NCBI GenBank assembly: GCA_963699755.1
Contig: CAVOVB010000001.1
Span: forward strand, 1,568,001 to 1,632,000
DNA length: 64,000 nt
From: an uncultured delta proteobacterium
GTDB taxonomy: Bacteria > Myxococcota_A > Polyangia > Polyangiales > Houyiibacteriaceae
Direction of reading: 5' to 3'
In this document: in pieces, positions 50,118 to 60,233 of the stretch
Layout: every line of letters starts with the position of its first letter
Position numbering within the stretch: the first letter of the stretch is position 1
The notes under the pieces: model-generated
Seen by the model: only the letters and a program-made list of their open reading frames with translations
Database searches by the model: none
Told to the model about the DNA's origin: nothing
Made by a program: the position numbers and the translations under genes

Positions 50118-51725
50118 ATGCCGGGGGGGCACACAGGGCCGACTGCACACGTGACAGGTCCGGCACCACTTTCGTGGCTTGCCTGGGTCTGCGCCGCCGT
50201 CACGATCGCGTACGTCATCGGCGCACCGTTTTGGGTGGCCGACTATCCGATGATGACCGACTTCCCGTTTCATGCGGCCTCGTCCTCGGTGTTTCGTCAC
50301 TACCTCGATCCGGGCTGGCACTTCCAGGAGCAGTTCCAGTTTCAAGTCCTCGCGGCGCCCTATCTGACTTTTTACGCATTGGCGGCCATCTTCATGCTCG
50401 TGTTGCCGCCCGTCGTCGCAACGAAGCTTGCGGCTGCCATGTTGATGGCGCTCTTGCCCATCGGGCTGATGGTGCTCTGCTGGGGGCTCAGGAAGTCCCC
50501 GTTTCTGGGCCTTTGGGGGCTCGTCGCCGTCTGGGGCGTCCCCGCACACTGGGGCCTCGTTGGTTTTCTGGCATCGCTCGGCCTCTTCGCCATGGCGCTC
50601 GGTCTCGCCCTTCGCGTCGTGGATCGACCGTCCATGAAGCTTCAGGGCGTGCTCATCGCGGTTCTGACTCTGCTCTTCTTCACGCACGTGTACCGCTTCC
50701 CGTTCGCGTTGTTGATGCTCTTGGTCGTCGCCGCAGCGATGCACGGGCGAGTGGACAGCACCCGGGGCCTTCTGATTCCGATCGTCGTATCCTCGGTGCT
50801 CTTGATCGCCTGGGCGACGACCAGCGCCGACCTGTCGCTTCCCGAAATCGCCTGGGCGTGGCCGCCGGCCTGGAGCCGCATGTCCGAAGCGGGCGCCTAT
50901 GCGACCGACATCTTCATCGGCGACGAAGACAGCTTCCTGTTTCGCCGCACGGGGCTCCTGTTCGCGGTGACTGCAGTCGCACTGCTTGCCATTGCAATCG
51001 TTCGGCTCCGTTCCTGGCCCAAGGGTGGCTGGGTCGTGCCGGCTCATGCGGTGGTTGGGGTCGCGATCTTGGTGTTCCTCGGGCTCTACCTGACGCTTCC
51101 GATGGAGCTCGGGGTTTGGTGGTACGTCTTTCCACGCGAGATCACCGCGGCGGCCTTTCTCATGCCCGCGCTCCTACCAAACCTGCCGCGCAAGACCTGG
51201 GCGGAGCTTGGCTTCGTCGTGTGGACGGCGGTTGCGGTTGCACCGCTCGGAGAATTCGTCGCCGATGCGCATGAGGAGTTCTCGACCACCACGGTGCACT
51301 TCCGAGAGATCGTCCGCGAGCTTCCCAAGGCCCCGAAGCTTCTCTACCTCGTGTACGACCATAACGGCTCGCGCGCCCGAAACAGCCCGTACATCCACCT
51401 GCCCGCATACGTTCAGGCTGAGCGCGGTGGTTGGCTGAGCTTCCACTTTGCCCAGTTGGAGGGTTTCCCCTTCCGGTATCGTGACACCTCGGATCTCGAC
51501 GCAGTCGTCCCGCAGCCAACGCCGGTGCGCTGGGAGTGGAGCCCTCAGCTCTTCCAGCTCGATCAGCACGGCAAGTTTTTCGACTGGTTTCTCGTTCGCC
51601 GGCTGAATTCGCCCGACGCCCTCTTTTCTACGGACCCTTCCATCCAGCGTGTGGCGCACTTCGAGAACTGGTGGCTTTACCACCGACCTCGCGCCTCGAC
51701 TGGACCGCCCCTCGAAACGCCCTAG
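50118..51725 (+). CDS. Multi-pass membrane protein (GT-C glycosyltransferase-like)
   Basis: About 11 TM helices, D.P.H motif in first loop, soluble C-terminal domain. Confidence 0.55.
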   Translation: MPGGHTGPTAHVTGPAPLSWLAWVCAAVTIAYVIGAPFWVADYPMMTDFPFHAASSSVFRHYLDPGWHFQEQFQFQVLAAPYLTFYALAAIFMLVLPPVVATKLAAAMLMALLPIGLMVLCWGLRKSPFLGLWGLVAVWGVPAHWGLVGFLASLGLFAMALGLALRVVDRPSMKLQGVLIAVLTLLFFTHVYRFPFALLMLLVVAAAMHGRVDSTRGLLIPIVVSSVLLIAWATTSADLSLPEIAWAWPPAWSRMSEAGAYATDIFIGDEDSFLFRRTGLLFAVTAVALLAIAIVRLRSWPKGGWVVPAHAVVGVAILVFLGLYLTLPMELGVWWYVFPREITAAAFLMPALLPNLPRKTWAELGFVVWTAVAVAPLGEFVADAHEEFSTTTVHFREIVRELPKAPKLLYLVYDHNGSRARNSPYIHLPAYVQAERGGWLSFHFAQLEGFPFRYRDTSDLDAVVPQPTPVRWEWSPQLFQLDQHGKFFDWFLVRRLNSPDALFSTDPSIQRVAHFENWWLYHRPRASTGPPLETP

Positions 51726-51737
51726 ATTGGTACATCG

Positions 51738-52055
51738 ATGGACCTCAGAACTGAAGAAGAGCGCTGGGCTGTTTGGATGGTGCAAGCTCGCAGGTTTGCA
51801 GAGCGAGAGAACTTCCCCGATGCGGTAGCTCGGATAAAGCTCGCCCGTGATGCGGTTCGAAGTGCAGTCGGCCAGGCGACCAACGCGACCGCGCGCGCGC
51901 GTCTAGAGGCACTGCTTGCGCGAGCCAATGAGCAGCTCGAGACCATGCAATCGCAGTACGAGTCGTGGCGATCAAAAATCGCTGCGCGTCGGCAACATAC
52001 GATCGACCAAGCCGCCGAAGAGATGGCGCGTCCTCTTCCGGTGACATCGGACTGA
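51738..52055 (+). CDS. Small helical hypothetical protein
   Basis: Co-oriented ORF filling the gap between neighbours. Confidence 0.55.
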   Translation: MDLRTEEERWAVWMVQARRFAERENFPDAVARIKLARDAVRSAVGQATNATARARLEALLARANEQLETMQSQYESWRSKIAARRQHTIDQAAEEMARPLPVTSD

Positions 52056-52057
52056 CG

Positions 52058-52912
52058 GTGGCTGTTCCCGAGTGTTCGGTTGCGTCACTCGAAGCGGGAG
52101 AATCTCTCGCGGGTACCGCTGTCGAGTCGGTCGATCGCTGGTTGCTTCTCGAAGTGACAGAGCCCTGGGCGCCCAAGCCCCTTCAAACTCAGGCGCTGCC
52201 CGAATCGGTGCGAAGCCAGCTCGGCCGTTGGCTAGAAACGCCGCGGTCCCGCTTGCAGCTCATCCGGCGCCCGGGGCACTCTGGGAAACGGCCGGTGTTC
52301 ATGACGGTTTGCTCTGCCGGCGACAGGTCGCAGACGTCGAAGCTCGAGCTCGGCCGCTACGACGAGCTCGTCGATCTCGACCTCGACGCGCTGCCTGCCG
52401 CGCCGAGCGAGCCGATTTGCTTGGTTTGCGTCCACGGTCGCCGCGACCGCTGCTGCGGGATTCTGGGCGGTGCGGTGTTCCGCGCGATTCATTCGCAGGG
52501 CGTGGACACCTGGCAGACGAGCCACCTCGGCGGGCATCGTTTTGCCGCCTGTGCGCTCTGGCTGCCCGACGGCCTGATGTATGGACGGCTTCGCGCCGAG
52601 CATGCACGGTCCTGGGTGACGGCCCGACGAGCCGGGGACGTCGGTGAGCTCGACTTGTTTCGAGGCCGCTGCGCCTATGATCGGCCGACGCAGGCCGCGG
52701 AGATCGCCGTGCGAAAGCGGCTGAGGCTGCAGACAGCCGATGGGATCGAATGGCTCGGGACCGACGCGAAGTCCGAGTCGAGCTGGGAAGTACGGTTCCG
52801 AATCGCGTCTGGTGAAGAGGTCGTTCGACTTCGCTTGGCGGACACCGGGGCTCGTCGGCCGGCAAGCTGCGGCGGAGAGCCGGAGGCGGTGACAGAGCTC
52901 GTGGAGGGCTAG
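52058..52912 (+). CDS. Sucrase/ferredoxin-like (thioredoxin-like 2Fe-2S) protein
   Basis: WLLLE..PW, LVCVHGRRDRCCG, WQTSHLGGHRFA, YGRL. Confidence 0.85.
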   Translation: MAVPECSVASLEAGESLAGTAVESVDRWLLLEVTEPWAPKPLQTQALPESVRSQLGRWLETPRSRLQLIRRPGHSGKRPVFMTVCSAGDRSQTSKLELGRYDELVDLDLDALPAAPSEPICLVCVHGRRDRCCGILGGAVFRAIHSQGVDTWQTSHLGGHRFAACALWLPDGLMYGRLRAEHARSWVTARRAGDVGELDLFRGRCAYDRPTQAAEIAVRKRLRLQTADGIEWLGTDAKSESSWEVRFRIASGEEVVRLRLADTGARRPASCGGEPEAVTELVEG

Positions 52913-52957
52913 GGGGGTGGGCTGGTTGGGTGGTTGGGTTTGCTGGTTGGGTGGTTC

Positions 52958-53140
52958 GGTTTAATTACACCACGCGCCCACCCCCACCCGTAATCCTCCC
53001 TCCGCGGCCTTCGCTTCGCTTGGCCTTGGCGGCGCGTTGCGCCGGGCTTCGCCTTCGGCTCGCGCTGCCGCGCCTGGCGCTTCGCTTGGCCTTGGCGGCG
53101 CGTTGCGCCGGGCTTCGCCTTCGGCTCGCGCTGCCGCGCC
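52958..53140 (+). repeat. Intergenic structured repeat, copy 3, with tandem 66-bp internal duplication
   Basis: Same head as copies 1 and 2; unit repeated at 53012 and 53078. Confidence 0.9.
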
Positions 53141-53247
53141 TGTCTTGTGGGGGTGTTGGGGTTCGGAAGGGAGCGGATCGAGCTGCTTTTCGGCGCGACC
53201 CCAGCTTCTCCAGGGCGCTGGTTCCCACAATGGGCTAGAAGCGGGGT

Positions 53248-53484
53248 GTGGAACTCTGGTTGCTCGCGCTTTGGGCTCTTTCTGGCGCCGCGCTTCTGTT
53301 CACGCACCTCCTGATGGCTTGGCGCGTGCTTTCGGGGCCTCTCGCTGCGCAGTGGCGCTACCTGGGCTTCCTCGTGCCGGTCTTCACGCCCGTCGTCGCG
53401 TGGCGAGGGGGCAACCGCCTTGGCCCAATCACCTGGGTTCTGTTCTTGGTAATCTATCTCTCCGCGCGCATGATCGAGGTCTGA
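53248..53484 (+). CDS. Small membrane protein
   Basis: Three hydrophobic segments; stop overlaps prmA start. Confidence 0.6.
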   Translation: MELWLLALWALSGAALLFTHLLMAWRVLSGPLAAQWRYLGFLVPVFTPVVAWRGGNRLGPITWVLFLVIYLSARMIEV

Positions 53485-54341
53485 TGTCCGAGGCGCGCCA
53501 TCCGTTCGTGACCGTTCGGGTTCGGTCCGAGCAGCTCGAGCTCGCGCAGCTGCGGCTCTGGGAGCTTGGCGCGACCGGTCTCGAAGAACGGGACCAGACG
53601 ACCCTCGTGCGCGACGCCGAGTCGGGCGGAGCCGTCGTCATTGCGGCGTTCGCGGACGAGGCGTCGGCGCAGTACGCGCTGCGCGAAATGCGAAGTGAGT
53701 ACGAAGCCGATATCCTTTACGTGCCGCGGGCCGATTGGGCCACGGAGTGGCGGCGTGGATTCGGCGCTCAGCGCATTGGGAAGCGGCTCTTGCTGCACCC
53801 TTCCTGGGAGCCCGCAGTGAGCAAGCCCGGAGACGTCGTCCTCACGATCGACCCGGAGAATGCGTTTGGAAGTGGTGACCATGAAAGCACAAGGCTCGTC
53901 CTGCAGGTGCTCGATGAGCGCGTGGCCGGCGGCGAGCGCGTGCTGGACGTTGGCTGCGGGAGCGGGGTCTTATCGATCGCCGCACTTCGTCTCGGCGCGG
54001 CGTCGGCGTTCGCAACGGACATCGAGGAGGATGCGGTGATCGTGACGGCGCGAAACGCAGAGCTCAACGGTGTCGAGCCGGGCATTCGGACATCGACACA
54101 GCCTTTGGCCGAGGTTGAAGGCGTCTTTGACATCGTTCTTGCCAACATCGAGACCAGGGTTCTCGTGCATATGCCCAAGGAGCTCCAGGCTCGGCTTGCT
54201 CCTGACGGGCTGCTGGTCATGAGCGGAATCCTACGACCCGAGCGCGACGAGCTTCTCGCTGCCTTTGCGCCGATGAAGCTCGAACAGCTCCTCGAAGAGG
54301 GCCAATGGTGCGCCTGTGTGTTGAGGCACGCGGGGCGGTGA
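53484..54341 (+). CDS. prmA: Ribosomal protein L11 methyltransferase
   Basis: DW..EWR, IDP..AFGSG.HEST, VLDVGCGSGVLSIAA, LANI, SGIL. Confidence 0.92.
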   Translation: MSEARHPFVTVRVRSEQLELAQLRLWELGATGLEERDQTTLVRDAESGGAVVIAAFADEASAQYALREMRSEYEADILYVPRADWATEWRRGFGAQRIGKRLLLHPSWEPAVSKPGDVVLTIDPENAFGSGDHESTRLVLQVLDERVAGGERVLDVGCGSGVLSIAALRLGAASAFATDIEEDAVIVTARNAELNGVEPGIRTSTQPLAEVEGVFDIVLANIETRVLVHMPKELQARLAPDGLLVMSGILRPERDELLAAFAPMKLEQLLEEGQWCACVLRHAGR

Positions 54342-55069
54342 CGCTTCGAAGGCTATACGCGCCCAGATTGCCGAACGAGGGTGGGGCGGTCGTTCTCGGA
54401 GAAGCGTCGAGCCGGCACGTGCGGGTGCTCCGTCTCCGAGCTGGCGACGCGGTCGTCCTCTTCGACGGGAAGGGCCGCGCTGCGACGGCCCGCGTGGAAT
54501 CAGTCGCCGAGGAGGTAGTCTGTCTCGCGGATCCTCCGGTCGCCGCGGCGACCAAACGCGCGCGCATCGTGCTGATGCTTGCGGTTCCAAAAGGCGCGAA
54601 GCTCGATGACTGCGTGCGTGCGGCCACCGAGCTTGGGGTCGACGAAGTGGCGCTCATGCAAACCGAGCGAACGATTCCTCGTTGGAATTCCGAGCGCACA
54701 CGCACGCGTCTCGATCGGCTGACCCGAATAGCCGGCGAAGCCGCCGCTCAGTGTGAACGCGACGACGTACCCATCGTTCACGCCCCTCGCCCCTTCCGCT
54801 CATGGCTCGAAGAAATTCCGGCGAGCGCGAAACGGGTCCTGTTTGGAGCCCGTGCCGAGGGATCGGTGGCGCTCGAGCGCACGACCGAGCAAGTCTGGTG
54901 CGCGCTGGGCCCCGAAGGAGGATTCACCGAGGAGGAGGTCGAGCTTTTCGAACGGTCCGGTTTTTCGGTCGCAAGCTTGGGAACCCGGATCCTTCGGGTC
55001 GAGACAGCGGTGCCCGCTGCCCTGGCGATCGTCGGAGATCGCCTCGATGACTTCCGACAAGCGCATTGA
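54338..55069 (+). CDS. rsmE: 16S rRNA m3U1498 methyltransferase
   Basis: HVRVLRL, ATELGV, EAAAQC.R, GPEGGF, LG.RILRVETA. Confidence 0.95.
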   Translation: MTLRRLYAPRLPNEGGAVVLGEASSRHVRVLRLRAGDAVVLFDGKGRAATARVESVAEEVVCLADPPVAAATKRARIVLMLAVPKGAKLDDCVRAATELGVDEVALMQTERTIPRWNSERTRTRLDRLTRIAGEAAAQCERDDVPIVHAPRPFRSWLEEIPASAKRVLFGARAEGSVALERTTEQVWCALGPEGGFTEEEVELFERSGFSVASLGTRILRVETAVPAALAIVGDRLDDFRQAH

Positions 55070-55105
55070 CAGGTTGGCAGGTGCACAGCCACCATTGAGG
55101 AGGAT

Positions 55106-57193
55106 ATGTCCGTTCTTGCCTCGCTCCTGGTTCGCGACCAGGTCATCCCCGTCGATCGCGTCCAAGGAGCTATCCAGGATCAGGTGATGCGCGGGGGCAA
55201 TCTCGACACCGTGCTCCTCGAGCTCGGCTTGCTGCGCGAGAACGAAATGAACGCCTACTGCGCAGCGGTGTACGGGCTACTCCCCGCGACCCGCGATGAG
55301 GTCATGCAGACCGCGATCTCCACGATTCGTGTCTTGCCGCGCGAGTTCGCCGTTCGGCATCGCTTGATTCCTGTTGCACGAACCGAAGATGCCGTCGTGC
55401 TGGCGGTCGACCGTCCGTTGCCGGATGCCACCCTCCGTGAAATCTCATTCGAGCTCGGCATCGATCCGGTGCAGCGAATCGTTTGCTCGGTGCGTGTCGA
55501 AGCGGGTCTGGCGCTTCACTACGACATCGAGATGAGGGCCCGAATGCGGCAGCTCAACCACCAACTCGAGGCCACAGATCCCGGCACGATTCCTTACGTC
55601 GCGCCATTTGACGGCGTTGGAAGCCGTAGCTCGATCCCGCCGATCAAAGATGCGTCAGGCTCCTTCCCGCGTGCCCACTCGTCGATACCTTCGCCGACGG
55701 GCATCGCCGATACCGAGCCGCCCCTCGAGGTGGAGCCGAAGGTGGCGTCTTCGGTTCCGGCGGGCACGTTTCGGGATTCCGATCCGGGGGCGGCCCGCAG
55801 GCACTCGGAGCCAAAGTCCGGCTTCGTCGATGCAACGCGATACAGCCTTCCGCCGCGCCCACCTGAGATCCTCGGACGGCCTTCGATGAGGCAAAAGGGC
55901 TCCCAGCGCCCTTCAGGCCGGAGTGGTCGTGGCGCGTCGAGGCCAAGCGGGCCGACGAGCGCATCGCAGCCGTCGGCCACACCGGCCACGGGTTGGCAAC
56001 CAGCGCCGGGGCCGCCCACAGGTTGGCAACCGGCACCCCCGCCCGCTCCGCCTGAGTCGGTTTGGCGACCGGCGCCCTCGCCGCGCACCGCGCATTCCGG
56101 GCATCACCTTCCCGTCGATCCACGGCGGGACAACGACGGAAGCGCGATGTCGCACGACGTCGTGTCGTTGCGCCCTGGTGCGCCTAGCTCGGCACCGCCC
56201 AACGTGGGCAGCGAATCGGTCGGTCGGAGGTGGAATCCCGCGCCGGCGCCTCTGGTCGACGACGGCTCGCTCCCGAGCGTCATCGTCGACTTCGGGGAAG
56301 AAGTCGAGGGGCTCGTTTCCGCGCTTCGCGATGGGAGCCCAGAAGACGACATGCTGATCCCACCTCTGTTGGCGCTCGGCGAGGCCGCACTCCCAGCCCT
56401 GGTTCGGGAGTTCCCGGGCAAGCTCTGGTTCGACCGTAACGAGCCGCACGCGAACATTCCGGCGGGCAGAGATGTCTCTCCTATTGCGAGGGCGTTCGTG
56501 GCGTTCGGCGGTCATTCGGTCCCGTACTTGATCCCCTTGCTCGACGATGAGGATCCGGACATTCGCTACTACGCTTCGGTCGTTGTTGCCGAGTTCGTCC
56601 ATCCCGACCTGGTACAGCCCGTCGGCCGTCGTTTGTTCGACACCGACCCCGGAGTCCGTAGTAGTGCGTACCGCGCGCTGAGCGTTCTCTATGCGTGCGA
56701 GGTCGAGTTCACCCAGCTCATCGAGCGGCTTCGCGCCTCGGCGCGGGACGGCCGAAACGTCGAATTGCAGGCGGCTTCCATCGACGCCTTGGGAAGGCTG
56801 CGCGATGCGAATTCGTTCGAATTTTTCGTCTCCTTGCTCCAAAGCCCCGAGCCCAACGTGGTCGAGGCCGCCCATGCAAGCCTGGTCCGCCTGAGTTGCC
56901 AAGACTTCAACCGCAGCCAGAAGAAATGGAGCGCCTGGTACGACAAGCACAGCGCAGAGCACCGCGTGGTCTGGCTGATCAACGCGCTCATGCACTCCAA
57001 CGAGCAATTGCGTCGGCGCGCCGGTGACGAGCTCAGACATCTCACCCAAGAGGACTTCGGCTACGAGCCGGGGAAGTCCAAGAAGCTCCGGATCGCCGCA
57101 CAGAAGAAGTATCGGACCTGGTGGGTAGGCGTCGGTTTTCGGATGTTTGTGGAACCACAGCCCGGCGGTTCTGGTCATGCGCACAGCCAGTGA
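55106..57193 (+). CDS. GspE/PilB N-terminal-like domain, Pro-rich linker and HEAT-repeat protein (FrgA-like)
   Basis: GGNLDTVLLELG, LPREFAVRHRLIPV; low-complexity middle; HEAT repeats. Confidence 0.7.
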   Translation: MSVLASLLVRDQVIPVDRVQGAIQDQVMRGGNLDTVLLELGLLRENEMNAYCAAVYGLLPATRDEVMQTAISTIRVLPREFAVRHRLIPVARTEDAVVLAVDRPLPDATLREISFELGIDPVQRIVCSVRVEAGLALHYDIEMRARMRQLNHQLEATDPGTIPYVAPFDGVGSRSSIPPIKDASGSFPRAHSSIPSPTGIADTEPPLEVEPKVASSVPAGTFRDSDPGAARRHSEPKSGFVDATRYSLPPRPPEILGRPSMRQKGSQRPSGRSGRGASRPSGPTSASQPSATPATGWQPAPGPPTGWQPAPPPAPPESVWRPAPSPRTAHSGHHLPVDPRRDNDGSAMSHDVVSLRPGAPSSAPPNVGSESVGRRWNPAPAPLVDDGSLPSVIVDFGEEVEGLVSALRDGSPEDDMLIPPLLALGEAALPALVREFPGKLWFDRNEPHANIPAGRDVSPIARAFVAFGGHSVPYLIPLLDDEDPDIRYYASVVVAEFVHPDLVQPVGRRLFDTDPGVRSSAYRALSVLYACEVEFTQLIERLRASARDGRNVELQAASIDALGRLRDANSFEFFVSLLQSPEPNVVEAAHASLVRLSCQDFNRSQKKWSAWYDKHSAEHRVVWLINALMHSNEQLRRRAGDELRHLTQEDFGYEPGKSKKLRIAAQKKYRTWWVGVGFRMFVEPQPGGSGHAHSQ

Positions 57194-57229
57194 TAGACTT
57201 CGCCCGCATCGACTAGACGAGTTCCCATC

Positions 57230-59644
57230 GTGCGAATCCCGAGGCTCCTAACCATCCTGGGTCCTGCGTCCGTTCTTTACGTTCTGGCCGCGCGGGCCTC
57301 TTCGAACACCGCCGCCTCTCCGGACTGGTTGCTGGTTGTGCTGTCCCTCGCGTTCTCTCTGACACCGCTCGCCGTGCTCGGGTCGTGGTCGAGCAGGCGT
57401 GGCGCGTCGCGGCTGGCATTCATGGGGGTGTGCCTCGCCATTGCGATTGCGTCGGCGCGTACCGCTTCGCCGCTACTCGATTTCACTCACGACGTCGCCT
57501 GGCTGCTCGCAGCGCTGACGATGCTCGATCTCGTCTTGCCACGCGAGACTGGTTCGCTCGTCCGATACGGCGCCCTAGGTGCTCTGGCGTTCGCTGCGTT
57601 CGTCGGGGCCGCCTTGGCGCGACAGGGCTTGCTTCCGGAAATGACATTCGCGGTAGTGGTCGTCCTCGGGATTCTGGCGACGGGCGCCCTTCACCAAATC
57701 GTGCTTGTCGACGGAGGACATGTGGTGGAGGGCGGCTTGTCGGGGGTCGCACTGGCCAGCCTCGCCGTGGGGCTTGCGTACTCCTGGTTCGGTCCGTTCG
57801 ACGGTGTGCTCGCCACCACGGTCGAGTTTGGCGTCGCTTCGCTGCTCTGGCTCGGGCACCTCGCCTGGCTCGATCCGGGATGGCGCTCGTTGCGCCGTTT
57901 CGGTGTGCCGCTCGTCGTCGCGTCTGCTCTTTGTTTTGCGGTGACGTTTGGCTTCGCTCCCGACGCCCCTCTCGAGCGATGGCAGCTCGGCCTGTTCGCG
58001 CTCGGCTCCGGGGTGCTTTGGTGGCTCACGTTTTCGGTCGCACGAAGGCTTTCCAATCGCGCCGTGTGGAGCACTTCGGGCCGCCTCGCCGACGCCGCGG
58101 AAGCCGCGAGGAGTCGCCTGGTCGGTGGCGCGGCACTCGAGGAGGTCGCCACCGGAGTTCTCGTACCCTTCGGCAAGGTCTTCGAGGACAGCCAAGGGGC
58201 TCCCGAGCTCTACACATTGGAGCCCTCCCTGAGGCTTCGGCTCGACGCCGGCGAGCGGGCGAATATCAGGCCGGTCAAGGCCCCTGCCGCGATCACCCAG
58301 GCGCTTTTCGCCGACGGTCACCACGGAGCTCTCGATCTCGTCAGTCTGCGAGCCCGGGTGGTTCGCGAGCCTTCGATCCGAGAGCTCGTGAACACGATGG
58401 CAGACCACGGGATGGGCAGCGCACTCCCGTGCATGCATCTGGAGCACATCGAAGGCGTGCTCCTCGTGCCCCTTGGCGATCGGTCGGAGGTGCTGTCGGG
58501 CATCGAGCTAGACGAGCTTGGACGCTTGGCGGATTCGCTTGGAGGGGCGCTCGCCTCGGCGCTCGCGCAGCGCAGGGCCGACACCCACATTCACGAGCTA
58601 TCCACGCTCCGGCGCGAGGCGGAAGACCGAATCTCCGTGCTCGAAGTGGAGCTCGATCAGCTGCGCCGCCAGTGTGATGTCCTCGGGCGCGGCCTTGCTG
58701 AAGATCGGACTCTGCACGTGGCGTACAGCCAGTCGATGAGGCGTGTGCAGACGCGCGCGATCGAGCTCGCCCCGCTGGCCGATCCAGTTCTACTCGTTGC
58801 TCCGGCAGGCTCTCCGGTTTTGCCGGTCTCCCGCTTCATCCATGACCGCGGGCCGCGCTGGGAGGCACCGTTCGTCGTCGCGGATTGCTCAGCCGCACCG
58901 CCCGATCAGGTCGCAAGCTTGCTCTTTGGCTCGCAGAGCGAGAGCCGCACGGGTTGGTTTCAGTCTGCCGCGGGCGGGACCCTGCTCCTGCGAGACCTTC
59001 CAGCGCTTTCCAAATCAAATCAGGCGCGTCTTGCGGCGGCGTTGGCGGAGCAGGGTGCCCAAGAGCATGAAAGCAAAGAACCTCGACTCGTGCGGCCAAG
59101 GCTCATCGCGACCACGCGGGCGCCGCTTGAGGAGCTCGAGCGGCGCGGTGCGCTCGACCCCGAGCTCGCGAGGCAATTGACGCAGCCCGGTCTCACGATT
59201 CCGCCTTTGCGCGACCGGCGCGAAGACGTTCCCTCGCTCGCACTGCTCGCCATTGACCGGGCATGCCGGGTTTTGGCGCGTGAGCCCGTCGGCATCACGG
59301 AAGACGCGATGGCCGCTCTCGTCGATCACGACTGGCCCGGTGACGTGGCCGAGCTCGAGCTGATCATCGAGCTGGCAGTGGCCAAAGCCGCTTCCAAGAC
59401 TGTGGGGCTTCGCGACCTGCCCCCGCTCGCTTGGCCGGGGGCCGACGAAGAGGAGCCGCTGACCGGTACCTATCTCGAGGTCGAGCGCCGTCTCCTCGAA
59501 CGCGCCCTTCTCCGATCCGGGGGCAACAAGAGTGAGGCTGCGCGCATGCTGGGGCTGAAACGTACGACTTTCCTCGACAAGCTTCGGCGTCACGGACTGG
59601 AGCAACGCGCGCCGCACGACTTAGGCGGCACGGCGGTTGGCTGA
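57230..59644 (+). CDS. Membrane-anchored sigma54-activator-like protein with degenerate AAA+ domain and Fis HTH
   Basis: About 9 TM helices; PFVVADC, AAGGTL, PPLRDRREDV, WPGDVAEL, GNKSEAARMLGLKRTTF. Confidence 0.8.
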   Translation: MRIPRLLTILGPASVLYVLAARASSNTAASPDWLLVVLSLAFSLTPLAVLGSWSSRRGASRLAFMGVCLAIAIASARTASPLLDFTHDVAWLLAALTMLDLVLPRETGSLVRYGALGALAFAAFVGAALARQGLLPEMTFAVVVVLGILATGALHQIVLVDGGHVVEGGLSGVALASLAVGLAYSWFGPFDGVLATTVEFGVASLLWLGHLAWLDPGWRSLRRFGVPLVVASALCFAVTFGFAPDAPLERWQLGLFALGSGVLWWLTFSVARRLSNRAVWSTSGRLADAAEAARSRLVGGAALEEVATGVLVPFGKVFEDSQGAPELYTLEPSLRLRLDAGERANIRPVKAPAAITQALFADGHHGALDLVSLRARVVREPSIRELVNTMADHGMGSALPCMHLEHIEGVLLVPLGDRSEVLSGIELDELGRLADSLGGALASALAQRRADTHIHELSTLRREAEDRISVLEVELDQLRRQCDVLGRGLAEDRTLHVAYSQSMRRVQTRAIELAPLADPVLLVAPAGSPVLPVSRFIHDRGPRWEAPFVVADCSAAPPDQVASLLFGSQSESRTGWFQSAAGGTLLLRDLPALSKSNQARLAAALAEQGAQEHESKEPRLVRPRLIATTRAPLEELERRGALDPELARQLTQPGLTIPPLRDRREDVPSLALLAIDRACRVLAREPVGITEDAMAALVDHDWPGDVAELELIIELAVAKAASKTVGLRDLPPLAWPGADEEEPLTGTYLEVERRLLERALLRSGGNKSEAARMLGLKRTTFLDKLRRHGLEQRAPHDLGGTAVG

Positions 59645-59648
59645 GCCG

Positions 59649-60233
59649 ATGCACGCGATCCTCCTATGGGACGTGATGGGCACCCTCGTACACGATCCGT
59701 TCTTCGAGGAGATGCCCGAGTTTTTCGGACTGAGCTTCGAGGAGCTGCTCGCCGTCAAGCATCCAAGCGCCTGGGTCGAGTTCGAGCGCGGTGAGCGCAG
59801 CGAAAAGGATTTTCTCGCGAGCTTTTTCGCAAATGGTCGGGACTTCGACCGAGAGGGTTTCGTCAACTTCGTTCGCGCTTCATACCGATGGCTTCCCGGC
59901 CTCCAAGAGCTTCTCGAAGAGCTTCACGGTGCAGGATGCCGCATGCACGCGTTTTCCAACTATCCGGTTTGGTACCGACTCATCGAAGAGCGTCTCAGGC
60001 TGTCGCGGTTTCTCGATTGGACCTTCGTCTCTTGCCTCACTGGGTTGCGAAAGCCGGACTCGGCCGCCTACGAACAGGCCTTGGATGCGCTCGGGGTGGC
60101 CGGGGAGCGCTGCATCTTCATCGATGATCGTGTCGGCAACTGTGAAGCTGCACTGGATCATGGGATTCATAGCGTGGTGTTCGAAGGGGTCGAGCCCTTG
60201 CGCGCCTCGCTGCGGGAAGCCGGCGTGCTGTAG
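59649..60233 (+). CDS. HAD-IA family hydrolase
   Basis: LLWDVMGTLV, FSN, RKPD, FIDDR..N. Confidence 0.85.
   Translation: MHAILLWDVMGTLVHDPFFEEMPEFFGLSFEELLAVKHPSAWVEFERGERSEKDFLASFFANGRDFDREGFVNFVRASYRWLPGLQELLEELHGAGCRMHAFSNYPVWYRLIEERLRLSRFLDWTFVSCLTGLRKPDSAAYEQALDALGVAGERCIFIDDRVGNCEAALDHGIHSVVFEGVEPLRASLREAGVL

Noticed and set aside
53037..53483. N-terminal extensions in the ORF track (prmA from 53037; similarly atpF from 45823, sulfatase from 3130, gad from 7952)
   Set aside because: They cross repeats or other genes; better starts with RBS or coupling lie downstream
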